A stretch of 64,000 nucleotides of DNA, taken from assembly GCA_021432655.1 (NCBI GenBank), contig MU271309.1:1-64000 (forward strand), written 5' to 3'. Shown here piece by piece: positions 13,150 through 26,515 of this stretch. Below the pieces are notes generated by a model. It was not told where the DNA came from, ran no database searches, and was given only the letters and a program-made list of their open reading frames with translations. Position numbers and translations under genes: made by a program. How positions within the stretch are numbered: position 1 is the first letter of the stretch; each line of letters starts with the position of its first letter. This stretch comes from Atractiella rhizophila (lineage: Eukaryota).

Positions 13150-14591
13150 CGAGCAGCACTAGCAGTACCATCGTTGCAAAGATGAGGCTGTGACACTGTC
13201 ACAGTCTATCCAAGGCTACCTAGATTTGTGCTCCCATTGCCGTTGTTCTCCCAGCAAGGGGACGTGAGACATCTGGCACATAGGCAAAGATGTCAGAGTT
13301 TGTTGAATCCTGAGCGCGAGCAGGAAGTGACTGGATGATTTCAGGGGTGACCGGGTCATCCTCTGATGCATAGGTTGTAAGATCATTCGCAAGTATATCC
13401 GCAAGATAGCTGTTGAGTAGTCAGATTGGTACGAGGACTCAAAGAATCAAACTGACGTATTGACGGCTCCTGCTTCCTCCCCAGCTCTCAATCGAGCCAA
13501 CTCCTTCTTGTGGGCATCAAAAGCCTTGAACCATCCCTTTGTCCACTTATCAGGTTCTCCGATAGGCTTTTCATCGGACACTGCTGCATGTCGCTGCCTT
13601 CCATAATTAGAGAACTGCCTGAGCGAAATGGACAGAAGAGGGACGAACCAACAAGGCAAGATTTGCAAAATGTTCATATGATGCTGGAATATCATACTTA
13701 TCTCCTAGGTTAAAGGCTAGCGCCTTCAGTGACAATTTCTCTTGAATCGATGTGTAAAGCTTCTCGATCATATTAGAGCTGTGATATATGCAGAAGGAAA
13801 ACATACCTTTGCTTTGGTTGAACCTCTTAAAGTATTGAAACGATCACACACGACTCCCTTGAACTCCTCAAAAACAGAAGTGTTGAGAGCAACAAGGGCA
13901 CCAGCAGCTTTCCCTAACTGAGTTGGATTTCTGCAAAAGTAGTTCTACAATTTGGTTACAACAATCCAACATTGAAAGATAATCGAACTTGCCATTATAA
14001 TTTGGAACAGGTCTCTGTTCGACGAATAGACCGCAATGAGTGGGCAGAACCACACCAGTGCAACTGTACGCTTAATGGTTTTTTGTGGAGAAGATTGATG
14101 CTTTCAAGGTCACAAAAACGTAGAATAGAGCTGATACAGACCTTGGCCTCAGCATCTATCACCACAGATTGCAGAATGACGCTTCGTAACAACTACTCGT
14201 GATTTTGAGTTGAAGTCAAGGTGGCCAAGCTTTGGGCGGCGAGATGACCTTCGTATGTGGTGTGAAATCTTTTTTGTGCTCGATGTGTATCCGCATCATC
14301 CTCAGTATCTTCTTCTATCTTGCATTGTCACAGCCACGAAACAAAGTATGTGTAGCAACTCACTGTTCCATGAAACATAGCCAACAATCTTGTCTTTGCC
14401 AAGTTATCCAGTCGATATTCCGTCGCAATAGCATCTAAATCAACAGGCAATACAATTGGCTGACCTGCTGTTGTGGTTGCATTGCCATTCACGGAAAAGT
14501 GAGATTGTCGATTCGACGGGGTTGGAATGATCCCAAAGCGAGTGAGAACTGAAGAGGTTGTGGGAGTGGCTAGAGTCCCTGCTCTTGACAT
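13150..14591 (-). CDS. Multi-exon hypothetical protein, probable accessory gene of the Plavaka-like element
   Basis: A chain of co-oriented exon-sized ORFs (14328-14591, 13995-14192, 13607-13804, 13447-13695) separated by GT-AG introns, lying just upstream of the transposase. The 3' end is uncertain. Confidence 0.45.
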
Positions 14592-16300
14592 GATGGCTGC
14601 CGCCTCCGACTGATTAAAAGGCGGTTGGAATGATCTATAAAATACAGCAAGAAAACAGTAGAACTTGAAGTAGTGCCTGCAGCCACCAGACCACTCAGCT
14701 GATTTATATAATGATAACGGAGAAGACATCATGACAAGCCGTCAAAGATGTGTAATATAAGCACTTTCTTGCAGTAAGTTGCATCACTGAGAAGGTTGAT
14801 GGCACCGATCCAGAACGCCTTCGAAGATGCAGCCACTTCCAGTAACAGGTCTTGGATGGATGGATGTAGATGACCAATCCTGAGCTTTGACTAAGGCTCT
14901 TAGAAAGATGAAGATGATAGACAGATATCATGCAGTACAGGGTAGTAAACAACAGAACCAGGTCACCTTTATTGCAGAGAACTCATAACGAACGTGAAAT
15001 CCCGCAGACTGTGCACAAGCGGAGCAGTCATCTCTCCAAAGATGTTCATCAGTTTCGCAGGGCCAATATGCATCTGTCATGGCATGCACGCAATCGTTCA
15101 TTATATCTCGGACAAGCTGCAGAGAGTGGGTTTATTCCTGAGCTGGGCAGACAGTGAAGGTACATCGCAGTCTGGGCCTCCCTATTTTCAAATGGATCAA
15201 ACTCTGCATTTGACTGTGCAGGGCACAGCTCATTTCAGATAATTTTCCAACGGCAGTGTATGCAAACAACAGTGTAAATTACTCATGCATGATATACCTC
15301 GGCAAAGGCAGCAGTGCTGGAGTATGTACCTTTTCTGTACGGTATACAATGGTTGCAGCACCCAAAGCTGCACAGAAGGGTGCGAACAGATAGAAACAAG
15401 CCAAATGCCGTGCGCCGTGCCACCACCGGCTGCCAAGAATAGCCCAGACGTTTTGAAACCCAGGGCGGCCAGGGGTGGCGACACAGAGAGTCAACTGTAA
15501 TGCGGTGGAAGCGGAAGGCAGAGGCTTCGCGCCCTGTCAAAAGCCGTTTGGTCACTTTTGGCCAACTTTGGTCGTTTTCGGTCACTAACCAAAAAGGTGG
15601 CCAATCGTGACCAATGTGGCCAAAAAATGTACACTTTGGCAAATCTTCTGGTCACTTTCAGAAAGCAGAAACCTACAAATCCCCTCGTTTGGCCACTTTC
15701 AGTCACTCCTTAGTCGCTTTCTAGCTTTCCTCAAACGTACATTCCTCAGCCAATATTAGTCAAAATTAGTTGCGATTAGCCAAGTCTTGTATTTACACGA
15801 TTAATCCAAATCAATGCATAGATTATAAAAAGAGAGATCCGTAAAATGTAGGCACGAACATATGTAGAAAGCGAGACCGTGAGTGGTGCCTGCTTTGGAA
15901 TCCGTATCAGCGAGAGTGGAAGTACTGATAAGTCCTTACTGTCAATTCTAAGCAAGAGCTGGCGGGTAAGGGAAGACAATGTCCAGAGGTACTTGCTCCA
16001 GCCCTTTACCAACGTTGCGCCAGAACTGCAGTGCATAAATACGTATGATGGTCAGTGTCATGTTCTGTTTCGAGCGCAGGCGAAAATCGACTTGCCTGCT
16101 GCCTCCGGTCTCCTAGCAAAGAGTACTCTGCTCTGATAGCTCTGTGGGCCTCTTTCGCGGTCTTTCCAGGGCACGTAGCTGCCCACGAAGCATGATGAGC
16201 ATTCTCGTAAGCTAATCTGATCCTGCCATCAGCTACTGCACTGTAAAAGCTATACTGAAAAAGGCTTACTTTCCACTAATCTCCCTCGTGCTCCTCGAGA

Positions 16301-18840
16301 CTATTCACTGCCATTAGATCCATTTGAGGATGAATGTGAACACACACCGCTGCCTCCAGAAACATCTTCACCGCCATCCACTGCTCTCTTCCCTCTTTCA
16401 CGTTCCCCACGTCCTCCCGTTCCAAGTCCAGAACCTGCACCATTCGTCGTATCTACACCTCCGCCACCGCCTCCACTCGCAATCGCACCCACACTTCTGC
16501 CGCCACTTCCAATTTTGCTCACACCCACACTTCTACCACACATCGCGGTCGCACCGGTGGGTTTCTGGACTCTCGGAATCGCGACAGAAGGGAGGGTAGG
16601 AGGTGGGATCGATCCGGGAGGTAGATTGAGCAATTGGGTTAAGGAGCTGAGGCTGGCAGGAGGTGGTTGCTCGCTGGTTGGGATTTGAGTGGAATGTTCT
16701 ATCTTACATGGAGAGCAGCTAATTTGACGAGATGACAGACAGACCTGCAGTTGAAATATATCCGACTTGTCTGCTCTGCAGAGCAGCATCAGACACACTG
16801 AGTGGAGAACCGGAAGGAATATCAGGCTGGAGACGAGAGCTGGGCCATGCAGTTTTCTGAGAAGCGTGAGTGTGTGACGCTATAAGCAAATATCAGTCAA
16901 GGCAAAAGAAGTGCGAAAAGACAACCTTCTGTTTCAAAAGTTGGATGTCCTATGATTGGCCTGGGATGCTGAGCGCTGGTTGAAGCGTGAACAGCGGGGG
17001 CAAGGTGAGAATTAGGACGGCGGGTAGGTCGGAGAACGCACCGTTAGCGAGGAGGAGGAGGGACGATGCACCTGCACCGTAAGTAAGATCAGCGCAAACG
17101 GACAACAACAGAGCGCGCACCTGCCAATGGATCTGCTGCAGCGGGAGGGATGTAACTACCTGCATCAAACCCTGTGCCAGTAGAAACATCGTCCACAAGA
17201 TCCTTAATAGGTTCCTGAACACCGTCGTCACCACTTCCCGCCCGATTGGTCAATCCCCCTGGCACAAGTTCAGCCGCCTCCATTGTCATAGTAATCGCAG
17301 TACACTCAGTTCCAGGAGGAATGAATGTGGATGGAGAAGTGACAGATTGGGAGTCACACGTTTGAGAGCGGAGGGGAGGTTCGGTGAAGGTATACGGTTG
17401 GAGAGGAGGCTGAGGCTGCTGATTCGTGTAATCTGGGGAGGGGACGTTTGTCTCGACATTGAGATTCTCAGCTCTACATAACCAATCAGCTGTGTTCTCT
17501 CTCAAATGAAGACCTCACACGTTTATAGAGGGACTATCTTCGGCAGTAGTCGCTTTCTTTTTCTTCCTCAAATAAATATCATCATCTCCTGATTCCTTGC
17601 GCTTTTTACTTGTCTTCCTCTCTTTGGAATTCACTTCCAGGGGACGTCCGGTATTCTTCAAGATGGGCTGGGAATCCTTCAGTTCAGTCTTGATCTGCGC
17701 TTTCTTCTCCGTAAGTACAATACTCCGTTTCCTAGTATAGCTTGCAGTATTGAGAAAATAGAGAGCTTTGAAATAACCATCACAATAGCCGAGGAGAGGG
17801 AAACGTTCGATGAAGGCGTGTAAGAGTTGATTGGTATACGTGGAGTCTATTTGGCTGTAGTTCTTTCCAAGAAACCGCTGATCGTTCGCTTTCGCACCGA
17901 AGCACTCTTTCCAGGCTGTACCGATCCATTCCCTGATCTGCTCAGTTTGGATAGGTGAGATTGGTTGGCCGTCTTCACCCTGAATGAAGTCCTGTGTCGT
18001 TCCTTTCCGCTCATCTTTTCCGAGCTTCTTGTAAGCGTCATTCCAAGCCTTGAATTCCGCACTTGTCCAGCAGGTTATCATGGGGAAATCGACTCGGTTG
18101 AATCTTGGAATCGCGGTAGCATCAGAACTGCGTCGGTATGGTTCCGGGAGACTAAATGACGATCTGGAGGATTCATGAGGATGAGGCAGTGGCTGAGCTG
18201 GAGGTGGTGTGCGATTGTAATCTTTAAAGCTGTCATATAGCGATCTAACATGCCCATTGCATATGCATCATAATGTGTACTAATAAGTGCGGATGGGAGA
18301 ACGGACCTGAGAACCCTAATCTCGGTCTGCAGAGCTATATTCTCATCATGTGCTCGTCGATACACAGGACTGAAAGCGAGAAGATCAGTTGTCGTGACAC
18401 TGGCCAAGATTTGCCGAAGATTTGGGGGCTCTGAAAGGGCTAGATTATGGTGAGGCGATATCGGCGAGCCTAGGCGTGAACGACCTCGACCCTCTATAGT
18501 GTTGAGGTTGAGATGACGATTCCAGAGTTGAGAAGGATGGGATGGTTCTGGTGAATCCCTGGATGGGGTAGATAGTCGAGAGGTTGGGGTACATGATGAG
18601 ATGTTGCTTGAACGAGTGAGAAAGTGAAAGTTTGGTGACAGAACACCTAAATCAATGCCTTTAATACCCATTTCACAGCGAAACAAGAACAAGAAAGAAC
18701 GGACCGGCTGCAAAATCAACACTACTTTCGCGCTCACTGAAAGAAGCTTCTATCCCATTGCTATTTCCAAGTGCAAAATCCAAATCCTCCTGTGAATGCT
18801 CGCTTTCCTGATCATCTGATGAATAATCTTCAGAAACCAT
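16301..18840 (-). CDS. Accessory (ORF2) protein of the EnSpm-like element, multi-exon
   Basis: Long exon ORFs (18078-18737, 17515-18081, 17089-17505, 16301-16798) lie inside the TIRs, divergent from the transposase. The segment FIQGEDGQPIS..IR..W..FPLLGYC resembles basidiomycete transposon-associated hypothetical proteins. Confidence 0.55.
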
Positions 18841-18979
18841 TACACCTTCAGTTTGAAAAAGAGAAATGTGATGTTTAAAGAGGTTATTGTTTACGTGGAA
18901 TATACTTAACTGAGAAGTTAGTTGGACGTATTTGGTTATATTGTCGGTAACAGATCAGAAACAGAGATAGAGGATCATT

Positions 18980-21900
18980 ATGATGGAGAGTAGACCAATG
19001 CATCCTTCTAAGAACTATCGATGGTGTACTTGTAATAGATGCAGGAAGGAGTCCCACAGTGGGAAATGGGTGCATCGTCATACGTTTCGAAAACATCAGG
19101 TCGATCAGCAAGATAAAGGGCCTATGATGGAGACTTCATTAGATGATGATATGAACTACAATCAGGATGATACAGAAGATTCTGATAGTAATGGAGAAAG
19201 TCATGTCAGCATTATTTTCTATATTTGGGCATTTATGTAAACGGGAACGTATATAGTCAGATGGCCCGAACCAGATGGAGATTGATGATGCCAGCGTCGG
19301 GCGTCCTGCTTCCCCTAGAAATGACCAACCTCGGTCCTATATAACAGATACTCCTCAGCCAAGTTCTGCCGATGAATACTCCAGCAGCACAAGTTCCTCT
19401 TCCACTGAGGAAGAAGAAGAAGAACTTGCCAGTTCTGAGGTAGATCCTAATCTCTTGACTAGTACGCCACTTTGAAACAGTCTGAATATAACCTAAACAT
19501 ATGTGATAGCACATCATCTTGAAGACTTCTTGTCAAGTGATCATCACTATCGAGAAATGCTCAAGGAACTCACGGAGAAGGATGTAACGTTCAGCATGAT
19601 CCCAGACTCTGAGAAGTACCACTATACACCGCTATCCGAAGACGAGCTCTTCTCTGTCGAGCTTTTCATGGCCTGTAATGGTCGAGCCTCTGATGAACTG
19701 TATAAGGATCTACGCAATATCATCTCAGCAAGCTCAAACCGAACTGTTCTCTCCCTCTTTTGTGTCAAGCGATTAATTGAAAAGAAGAGTCAACTGATTC
19801 CTCAAGGTTTTGATATGTGTCCTGCTCTCTCCTGTGTAGCTTTCACCGGTCCACGAAAGGAAAAGACATACTGTCCAAAATGTGAAGCTGCTCGCTATGA
19901 TATCTTCAAGTGTCGGGGAAGAGAAGCAAAGAGATCCAAACAAAGGTACTTTATTGTCCCCTTTGAAGTAGCGATTCAAGCACGTTGGTCAACACCACAA
20001 GGAGCCTCAGCATCCAAACATCGTGCCAGGTGTACAAAGGAGCTTCTGCAACAATGCCCTCAAACTGGCAATCTGCCCAGACGGTTTGATGATGTTTATT
20101 GTGGCTCAGACTATCTCCGGGCAGCTCGTGATAACATCATTCGCCCTTCAGATTCAATGGTGTTTCTCTCAGTCGATGGAGCCCAATTATTCACCAACAA
20201 GAAACCGTCTGATGCAGTCTTTGTCATCATGATCGACTATAATCTTCCTCCTCATCTTCGCTATCTTCAGCAGTTTTCATACCTCTCTGCATAGTACCAG
20301 GTCTAAATAAACCATGGGATCTCAATTCATATCTCTATCCCATATTCGAACAGCTCAAACAACTGTCACAGACTGGATTTCCAATATTTGATGCTCAAAT
20401 AAAGACATGGTTTCGATCACGACCTTTCCTGGGTCTAGGCCGTTTTGATACCATATGTGCAACTGAGCTGGCTGGCGAAGTAGGGCATAATGGACGACGG
20501 GGTTGTCACATTCAGGGATGTGCAGCTGTAGGAGTGCACAAACCTGGCGCTTCAACTTATTACTGCCCTCTTCATCGTCCTGATGACTATCGTGAATCTG
20601 AAGCTCTACGGCCCAACTAGGATCCTCGGAACCTGCCAAGAGAATCTCCATCACAGTATCGAAAGCACATTAACGATATCATGTCCGCTGCTGCCACTGG
20701 AAATCAAACTCGAGCGAAAGAGTTATCAACCGAATACGGCATTGTCCGTGATTCTCTCTTCTCTGAGCTTGTTACTCTAGGTGGAGGTGTTCCTTATTGC
20801 TTTGTTGTGGATGGGATGCATCATCCAAACCTCAACTTTCCTCAGCTCATCATCGGCTTATGGCGTGCTACAGTCCGGCCGGATTGGCAGGCTGCAAGTC
20901 ATAAGAAGGGGAAACGAAAACGTGGTGATGATGGTAATCCACTACCTGAAGGTATGGCCGCCCATGATTTTCTCCCCTGGCAAGTTCTTTGGGGCAGGAT
21001 TTGGGAGGAACATGGAACACGTGTTGAGGCAACACGGATATATCTTCCAGCTTCATGGGATAAATATCTTCGAAACATTGATATCAAGTTTTCTGCCTAT
21101 AAAGCAAAAGAATGGGAGACTTACTTCCATGGAGTTGCACCTGGACTGTTGGAAGGAGTTGTACCAGAGCCATACTACACAAATTATCTCAAGATTGTCT
21201 CTGCAATCCGGATTCTTCGAAAGCGTGATATCTCCTCTGTGGAGCTCGATCTAGCTGAGAAACATATCATTGAATATGTTGAAGAATTTGAGCAGCTTTA
21301 TTACCAGAATGATATTGAACAGGTTCACTTTTGCCGTCCCTCTCTTCATAAGATGCTTCACCATGCTCAACAAGCTCGCCGCCTCGGACCTTTTATCTAT
21401 ATCACTCAGTGGACCCTGGAACGAACAATAGGTATTCTTGCTTCTCGTATCAAGCAACCTTCGAAGCCCTATGAAAATCTCTCACAACAGTCAATACGGC
21501 AGGCCCAATGTCAAGCCCTCCGCACAATTGATCCATCTCTTCTGCACAACGAGCGAGTCAACAACTTACCACGCGGAGGACTCCCTCTTCCAGGGGACAA
21601 GGCTCTCCTACCTGCCAGAGAGTGGTGCAAGATAGACGGCAATGAGAAAAAAGCAATTCAGCAATATCTAATGAAGAATGGATATGACGCTGCGGAGTGG
21701 GACTGCTATGTTCACAAATGGGCACGACTGCAACTCCCGAATGGTGAAAGTGTACGCACATTATGGAAAGAATCACAACGTCAACCCAATTCAGTCCGTG
21801 TCAGTCGTCAGATCAAGTATCAAGGAGCTATTGTCAATAGTCACGATAAGACTAACTATACACAATATGGTGAGGTTCAGTACTTTCTAGAACTGACTGT

Positions 21901-22120
21901 AACAGAGAGAAAATTGTTTCTGGCTCTCATTCATCATCACCAAGGCATCCAACTTCATGACAGATATGGTATTGTAATATCTTGCCAGCCAGGTAACAGT
22001 GATACACAAGAGTTGGTGGAAGTGGAGGATATAGATGAAGTGGTGGCTATTATTCCAAGGCACTGGATGATCGATTGGTTCATAGTTGAGAGGCTGGGAT
22101 TGATAGTGAATAGTGATTAG
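18980..22120 (+). pseudogene. EnSpm/CACTA Tnp2-like (Transposase_21/DUF4218-type) transposase
   Basis: N-terminal CTCNRC..H..H, DMCP..C..CPKC, LSVDGAQL..YNLPPHLRY, VDGMHH, HKMLH and QWTLERTIG. There is one frameshift at ~20280 and an in-frame TAG at ~20618, where the paralog has TAC. Confidence 0.9.
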
Positions 22121-22869
22121 GGGAAATGAAACTACTTTGCAAATTCTACTTCATTCGTAAAACAAGTAGATCACTGGATTCTCCCTTTACAACTGCTTCA
22201 GGTAACTGTCACCTGATTCCATTTCCACCTCTTTGTTTGCCTTTCAATCCTATCAATCTTGTAACCTTTGACATATATGAGGTGCATATCTTTTATTTTA
22301 TTTTATTGTTTGCTTCAGAGACAGACACATTGCATTCATAGACACTGGATCAGCCTAAATTGTATTCAAGATGAATCGTTAATCATTCCTACATTTTGCA
22401 TTCAAGAATATTCGAGTTCGAGAGGTTGACCACTTTTGTGAGGCGGCGCAAATCTCCTCGGAATTGATTGAGCGCAAAACCCTCGGGGCGACCAACGTTC
22501 CTGAGCCGAGAGAACGCGGACCGAGAGGTGGAGCGGCGAAAAATGCCCAAAAATGCCCAATTCCGACTAGCAAGTGACAGAAGTGCCAAAAAGTGACCAA
22601 TCCATTTTTGACAGGGCTTCGTGCTTCTGCATCTAAAAACCAAGTGTTCTCTCCTTGATTCTTCCCTCCATTGCCTCTTCAACTGAGCTTCGACAGCGTC
22701 AATTCCAGCTCACACCACCTCTCCTCTAACCCACAGCCCTCCACTTTGCAATCACAAACGACTCCAGTCATTCCAGGAGCAGCAAATTCCTGCCCAATCC
22801 TTCACAACAACACGTCAGCTTACCTTGCCTTTCTACGCGACAAGAACGTGCTGAGTCTTGCAGAGTAAT

Positions 22870-24294
22870 ATGGCACCTTCGCACAAAGTAAATCTTTACA
22901 TTCTTGATGATAAAAAGGGGTGGGGAGTGTGACTTTTTTTGCAAAAGGCTTTACATCCTTTTGCAGTCAAACACATACTTTCGCTACCATGTTAGTTGTT
23001 TGATGGACTGGAACTCCTCCATCAAACAACTAATAACTGTAGACAAGATGCTATCGCTGGAACTCCCTTTAGCTTCTTGGACTTACAGGTTTGGCTCCGA
23101 AAGAGGCTGTTGACCGCAAAAGGTTTCTGCCTACCCTATTCTATTTCTTTTTTGCTTCTGTCCTGATACTAATAACAATGGATCTAGCCGAAATTTCCTG
23201 AATATGAAGATCCAACCAAAGCTCAATGGCTGGAACATGGAGCCAGCGACAGCTTCTGGGAGGAATGACTTCGCAAAGCAATCAATGCTTTGCCAACAAC
23301 AGAGTGGGAGTTGAACAAAGGAAATGCAAGATATGTCCGTAACTGGAATAAGCTTATAATTTTCAAATTCGCACTATTATCATTCCTTTCACTCTTCAGC
23401 AACTTTGTAATTCGTCTTTAAAAACATTGAAGAAAATTAGACAAAATAAAACCATCATTTAGAATTTGTTGAAACAGATGTAAAGTTTGTCAGTAGTGAT
23501 GGACATATATTGCTTATTTTCTTGAAAGATAAACTCCATATTCCCTTTGGTCCTCAATTTGCAAATAAAGCTTTTGTAGATGCCTCCAATGCAGTTTCCG
23601 AGTTTCTTTCATTGACAACTGTTACTCCTCCAAAAAGTTCAGATTCTCGATGGGATCAAAAGGAAGTTGAGCATATGAAAGAGAAGGATCAACCAGTCGG
23701 AGCAATATTCACAGGCTTGTGGAATGCTCTTGCTCATCCAAGTGATGAGGTGCTGGTTTCTGCTGACACCAGAAAATCCGCAATTAAGTAAGTGATCCTC
23801 ATTCTTTTCTACGTCCTACGTCCTAATCAAGTTGCAGCCTCAATTATGTGCACTGGCTCTATCAAAATCTCACGCCATTCATTCAAATCATTGAATCCTC
23901 GTTCCAAGTTACAGCACCTGCCACTTACTCTCATTATCACGAACTTGCCCAGCTCGCCTCAAAACTCTATCCAATGGGTTCAACCTTCTTCCCTTCCCGC
24001 CGCTCCTCCCGACTCTCCCTCGGTATCATTGCCAATGCGTCTATTCAACCTCATTGTGATGCAAGTAATAGAATGGAGGGGTTTGACTGGATGAGTGTGT
24101 TTGGAGAATTCAGAGATGGTTATTTATTTGCAGAGGTTGGAGGGAATTCTTATAAGTTCAACTACAAACCACGCGACATTGTTGGGTTGAAGGGAGGAGT
24201 TATTGTGCACTGGGTCAGCAAATTTGAAGGAGAACGAAGTGGCCTGGTGTGGTTCTCTCATAAAGACACTCAAGCGAGGATTCAAAAAGAGTAG
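22870..24294 (+). CDS. TET/JBP-family 2-oxoglutarate/Fe(II) dioxygenase (putative 5mC/T oxidase)
   Basis: C-terminal double-stranded beta-helix signature PHCDASN (HxD)..SVFGEFRDGYL..YKPRDIVGLKGGVIVHWV (H)..GERSGLVWFSH (R, aromatic). The upstream exon (GAIFTGLWNALAH) splices in frame through a GT-AG intron at ~23789-23836. The 5' exons are tentative and include a TGA at ~23266. Confidence 0.8.
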
Positions 24295-24559
24295 GCACAC
24301 TTTCTGAGCTCTACTTTGCTTAAGTCTCTAACACCGTGACAAGGTATCAAGAGAGGAAAGTTGAATTTGAGGCACATCATGATATGAATGGGATCGGTAG
24401 ATAGTATTAACCTCTTTTGAATTATCAAAGAAGTTGAACAATCCTAAGTCTGATTTGCTGTTTAGGATATAGCTATTTAATTATTCATTGCATTTTCATT
24501 CAGTCTTCTATCCTTGGAAACAGTGCGAAGGGAAAGTCCATGAAAATGTTATCAAAATC

Positions 24560-26247
24560 AGCCACAATAGGCGACTAGAAATCTTGAGCATGAGTATTTA
24601 TGATGAAATGAAGGCAAAATACGTACTGGTGGCTCAGGCGTGCCCCTGGTAGAAACTTGCTTTCTCGCAAGACCATGCACCATGTGGACAATATCAAGCA
24701 TCGGTTCGGTAGAATAGTGGGGGTGAGACTGAACCTTGATGTGATGTGAAGCCATGTCTTATAAATTCAATCAAACAACGTACCAAAGGTTCAGGTGGCC
24801 TTGTAGAACTATCGGACTGTTGACTGACACGACTATTGAAGACAGTTGAAGTGAAGTAAAAAAACTGCAGTACAGATAAGCTTGATTGTGCAAGCATATA
24901 TAAAGACTGACCTTGTTATGCAACAGCGCCTCCAATCTGATTCTTTCTCAACCCATATCAGAAGTAATGGTCGGTCATGTATTTCCTGAGTTAAACTTGA
25001 CCATGCCAAAGTTAGCATACCCTGTACTGTTTCAAAATCTGGAACAGGCAGAGTCGCCTCCGAAAGTGGAACAATTTGCTGCTGAATAGCTGTCCATTGG
25101 TTCCAGAGTCTTGTGGCACAGTCTAAATCATCCTTGAGTTGTCTCTTCAGATCTGCATTTGCCTTTTTAGTTGTGTTTCGATATTGGGAGTTAATATTTC
25201 TCTTTATTTTTTGCAGTGATTCGACAACCGTCGTGACGTTCTGATGAATCAAAGATGGGAAGTGAGATCTAGATCGATTCTTTGTCTTCTGACAGAATGT
25301 TTGCCGAATTCGTTGCTGTCGTTGATCAGTATTTACTGCTCTAGACATAAAAGAGTTCTGAGACAGTGCGTGAATTGAGATTGACTGTGCCTCAGCCAAC
25401 TGTAGATTTGCAGCATCTCGAAAATCTATACTCCTCCGTCTAACGGTCTGATCACTGACAAGTCACCACTTTGAATCAAATCACATACTCGATGATGGCC
25501 TGCGGCAGTGGTAATCCTACCCCAACCCGAGCATATTGATAGGCATGAGCTTCTTCAACTAAATTTGATGAATGTGCAACTTGATCCCAGATATTCCGAG
25601 GAATAGGAGATAAAGCTGGAACTGAAGATGTCCAGAACCAGCCAATTGAATCCTTATTTGTCAACCAATCTGCAAATATACTCTATTTGTAAGCTTGACA
25701 AAGTGAAGCAGAATAAATCAAACCTTTTAGCACGGTGTTGTCAGCTGCTAGCTCTTGCGCAACCACATACCACAAACGAAAATCTAATTTGGAGAAGCAA
25801 TTCATGAACTGTTTCATAAATTGTCCTATAGTCTTTGCCTTGATGGGAGCAGCGCTGATCAGATCCTCATACACAAGATATTGACGTCGCTTCAAATCGG
25901 GCTGATGAGAATCATTGTAAAGAACGTTTCGCTTGAATAGTAGGATCTGTAGCGAGTGGAGAAACCATAGATTGGAGATTCCTAAATGGATATCAGAATA
26001 TGGCTATACTGGTAGATAGAGAAGTCTTACCGGTAAACATGAGTCTCACATGTTAAGGATGTATGAGAGATTGTATCTGCTGTAGAAGGTGGCCAAGATG
26101 GAGTCAGCTTCCAGCCCGGTAGGCGTTCAGTGGGATACCGATCAAGGATAAGCTGTCGAAAGTAATCCCCCAGCATCCCATTTGCTTGGCCCTGATGTAA
26201 ATCGCAGATGATGATAGGGCCGTTCTGGAATTTGTTGAAGTAGAGAG
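24560..26247 (-). pseudogene. Mutator(MULE)-like DDE transposase, 3' part
   Basis: IIICDLHQGQANG (second D), a degenerate ..FKRNV at the CxxH position, and W..IPRNIWDQVAHSSNLVEEAH (E). It continues the gene split by the hAT insertion. Confidence 0.65.
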
Positions 26248-26515
26248 TAGGCTTGGTACACGGGGAACCCGTGGCCCCGTGGGTTTTTCCGGGAGGTTTT
26301 GGCGCTCTGATGCCATCCCGTACCCGCCCTCGAACCCTCAAGGGTTTCCCCGTCGTTGCAGGGGCATTCCCGCAGGATTGCTGGGAGGGGACGCGAGCCA
26401 AAGGGTTCACGCGACACTGACGGGATTGGAGGGGCGATATCAATATTATTATCCATGTACTCTACTAACCTCTCTGCACAGTTCAATAATCATTAATCAT
26501 TCACCTATCAATCGA

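Larger units (their letters stand above)
15531..22617 (+). mobile_element. EnSpm/CACTA-like DNA transposon, full length (~7.1 kb)
   Basis: TIRs GCCCTGTCAAAAgccgtTTGGTCACTTTTGGC and its reverse complement GCCCTGTCAAAAatggaTTGGTCACTTTTTGGC. Subterminal GGTCAC/GGCCA repeats are present. Flanks are TTCGC (15526-15530) and TTCGT (22618-22622). It contains two divergent genes. Confidence 0.85.

Noticed and set aside
15531..24294. TET/JBP gene as cargo of the EnSpm-like element
   Set aside because: The gene lies outside the right TIR and TSD (22617-22622).
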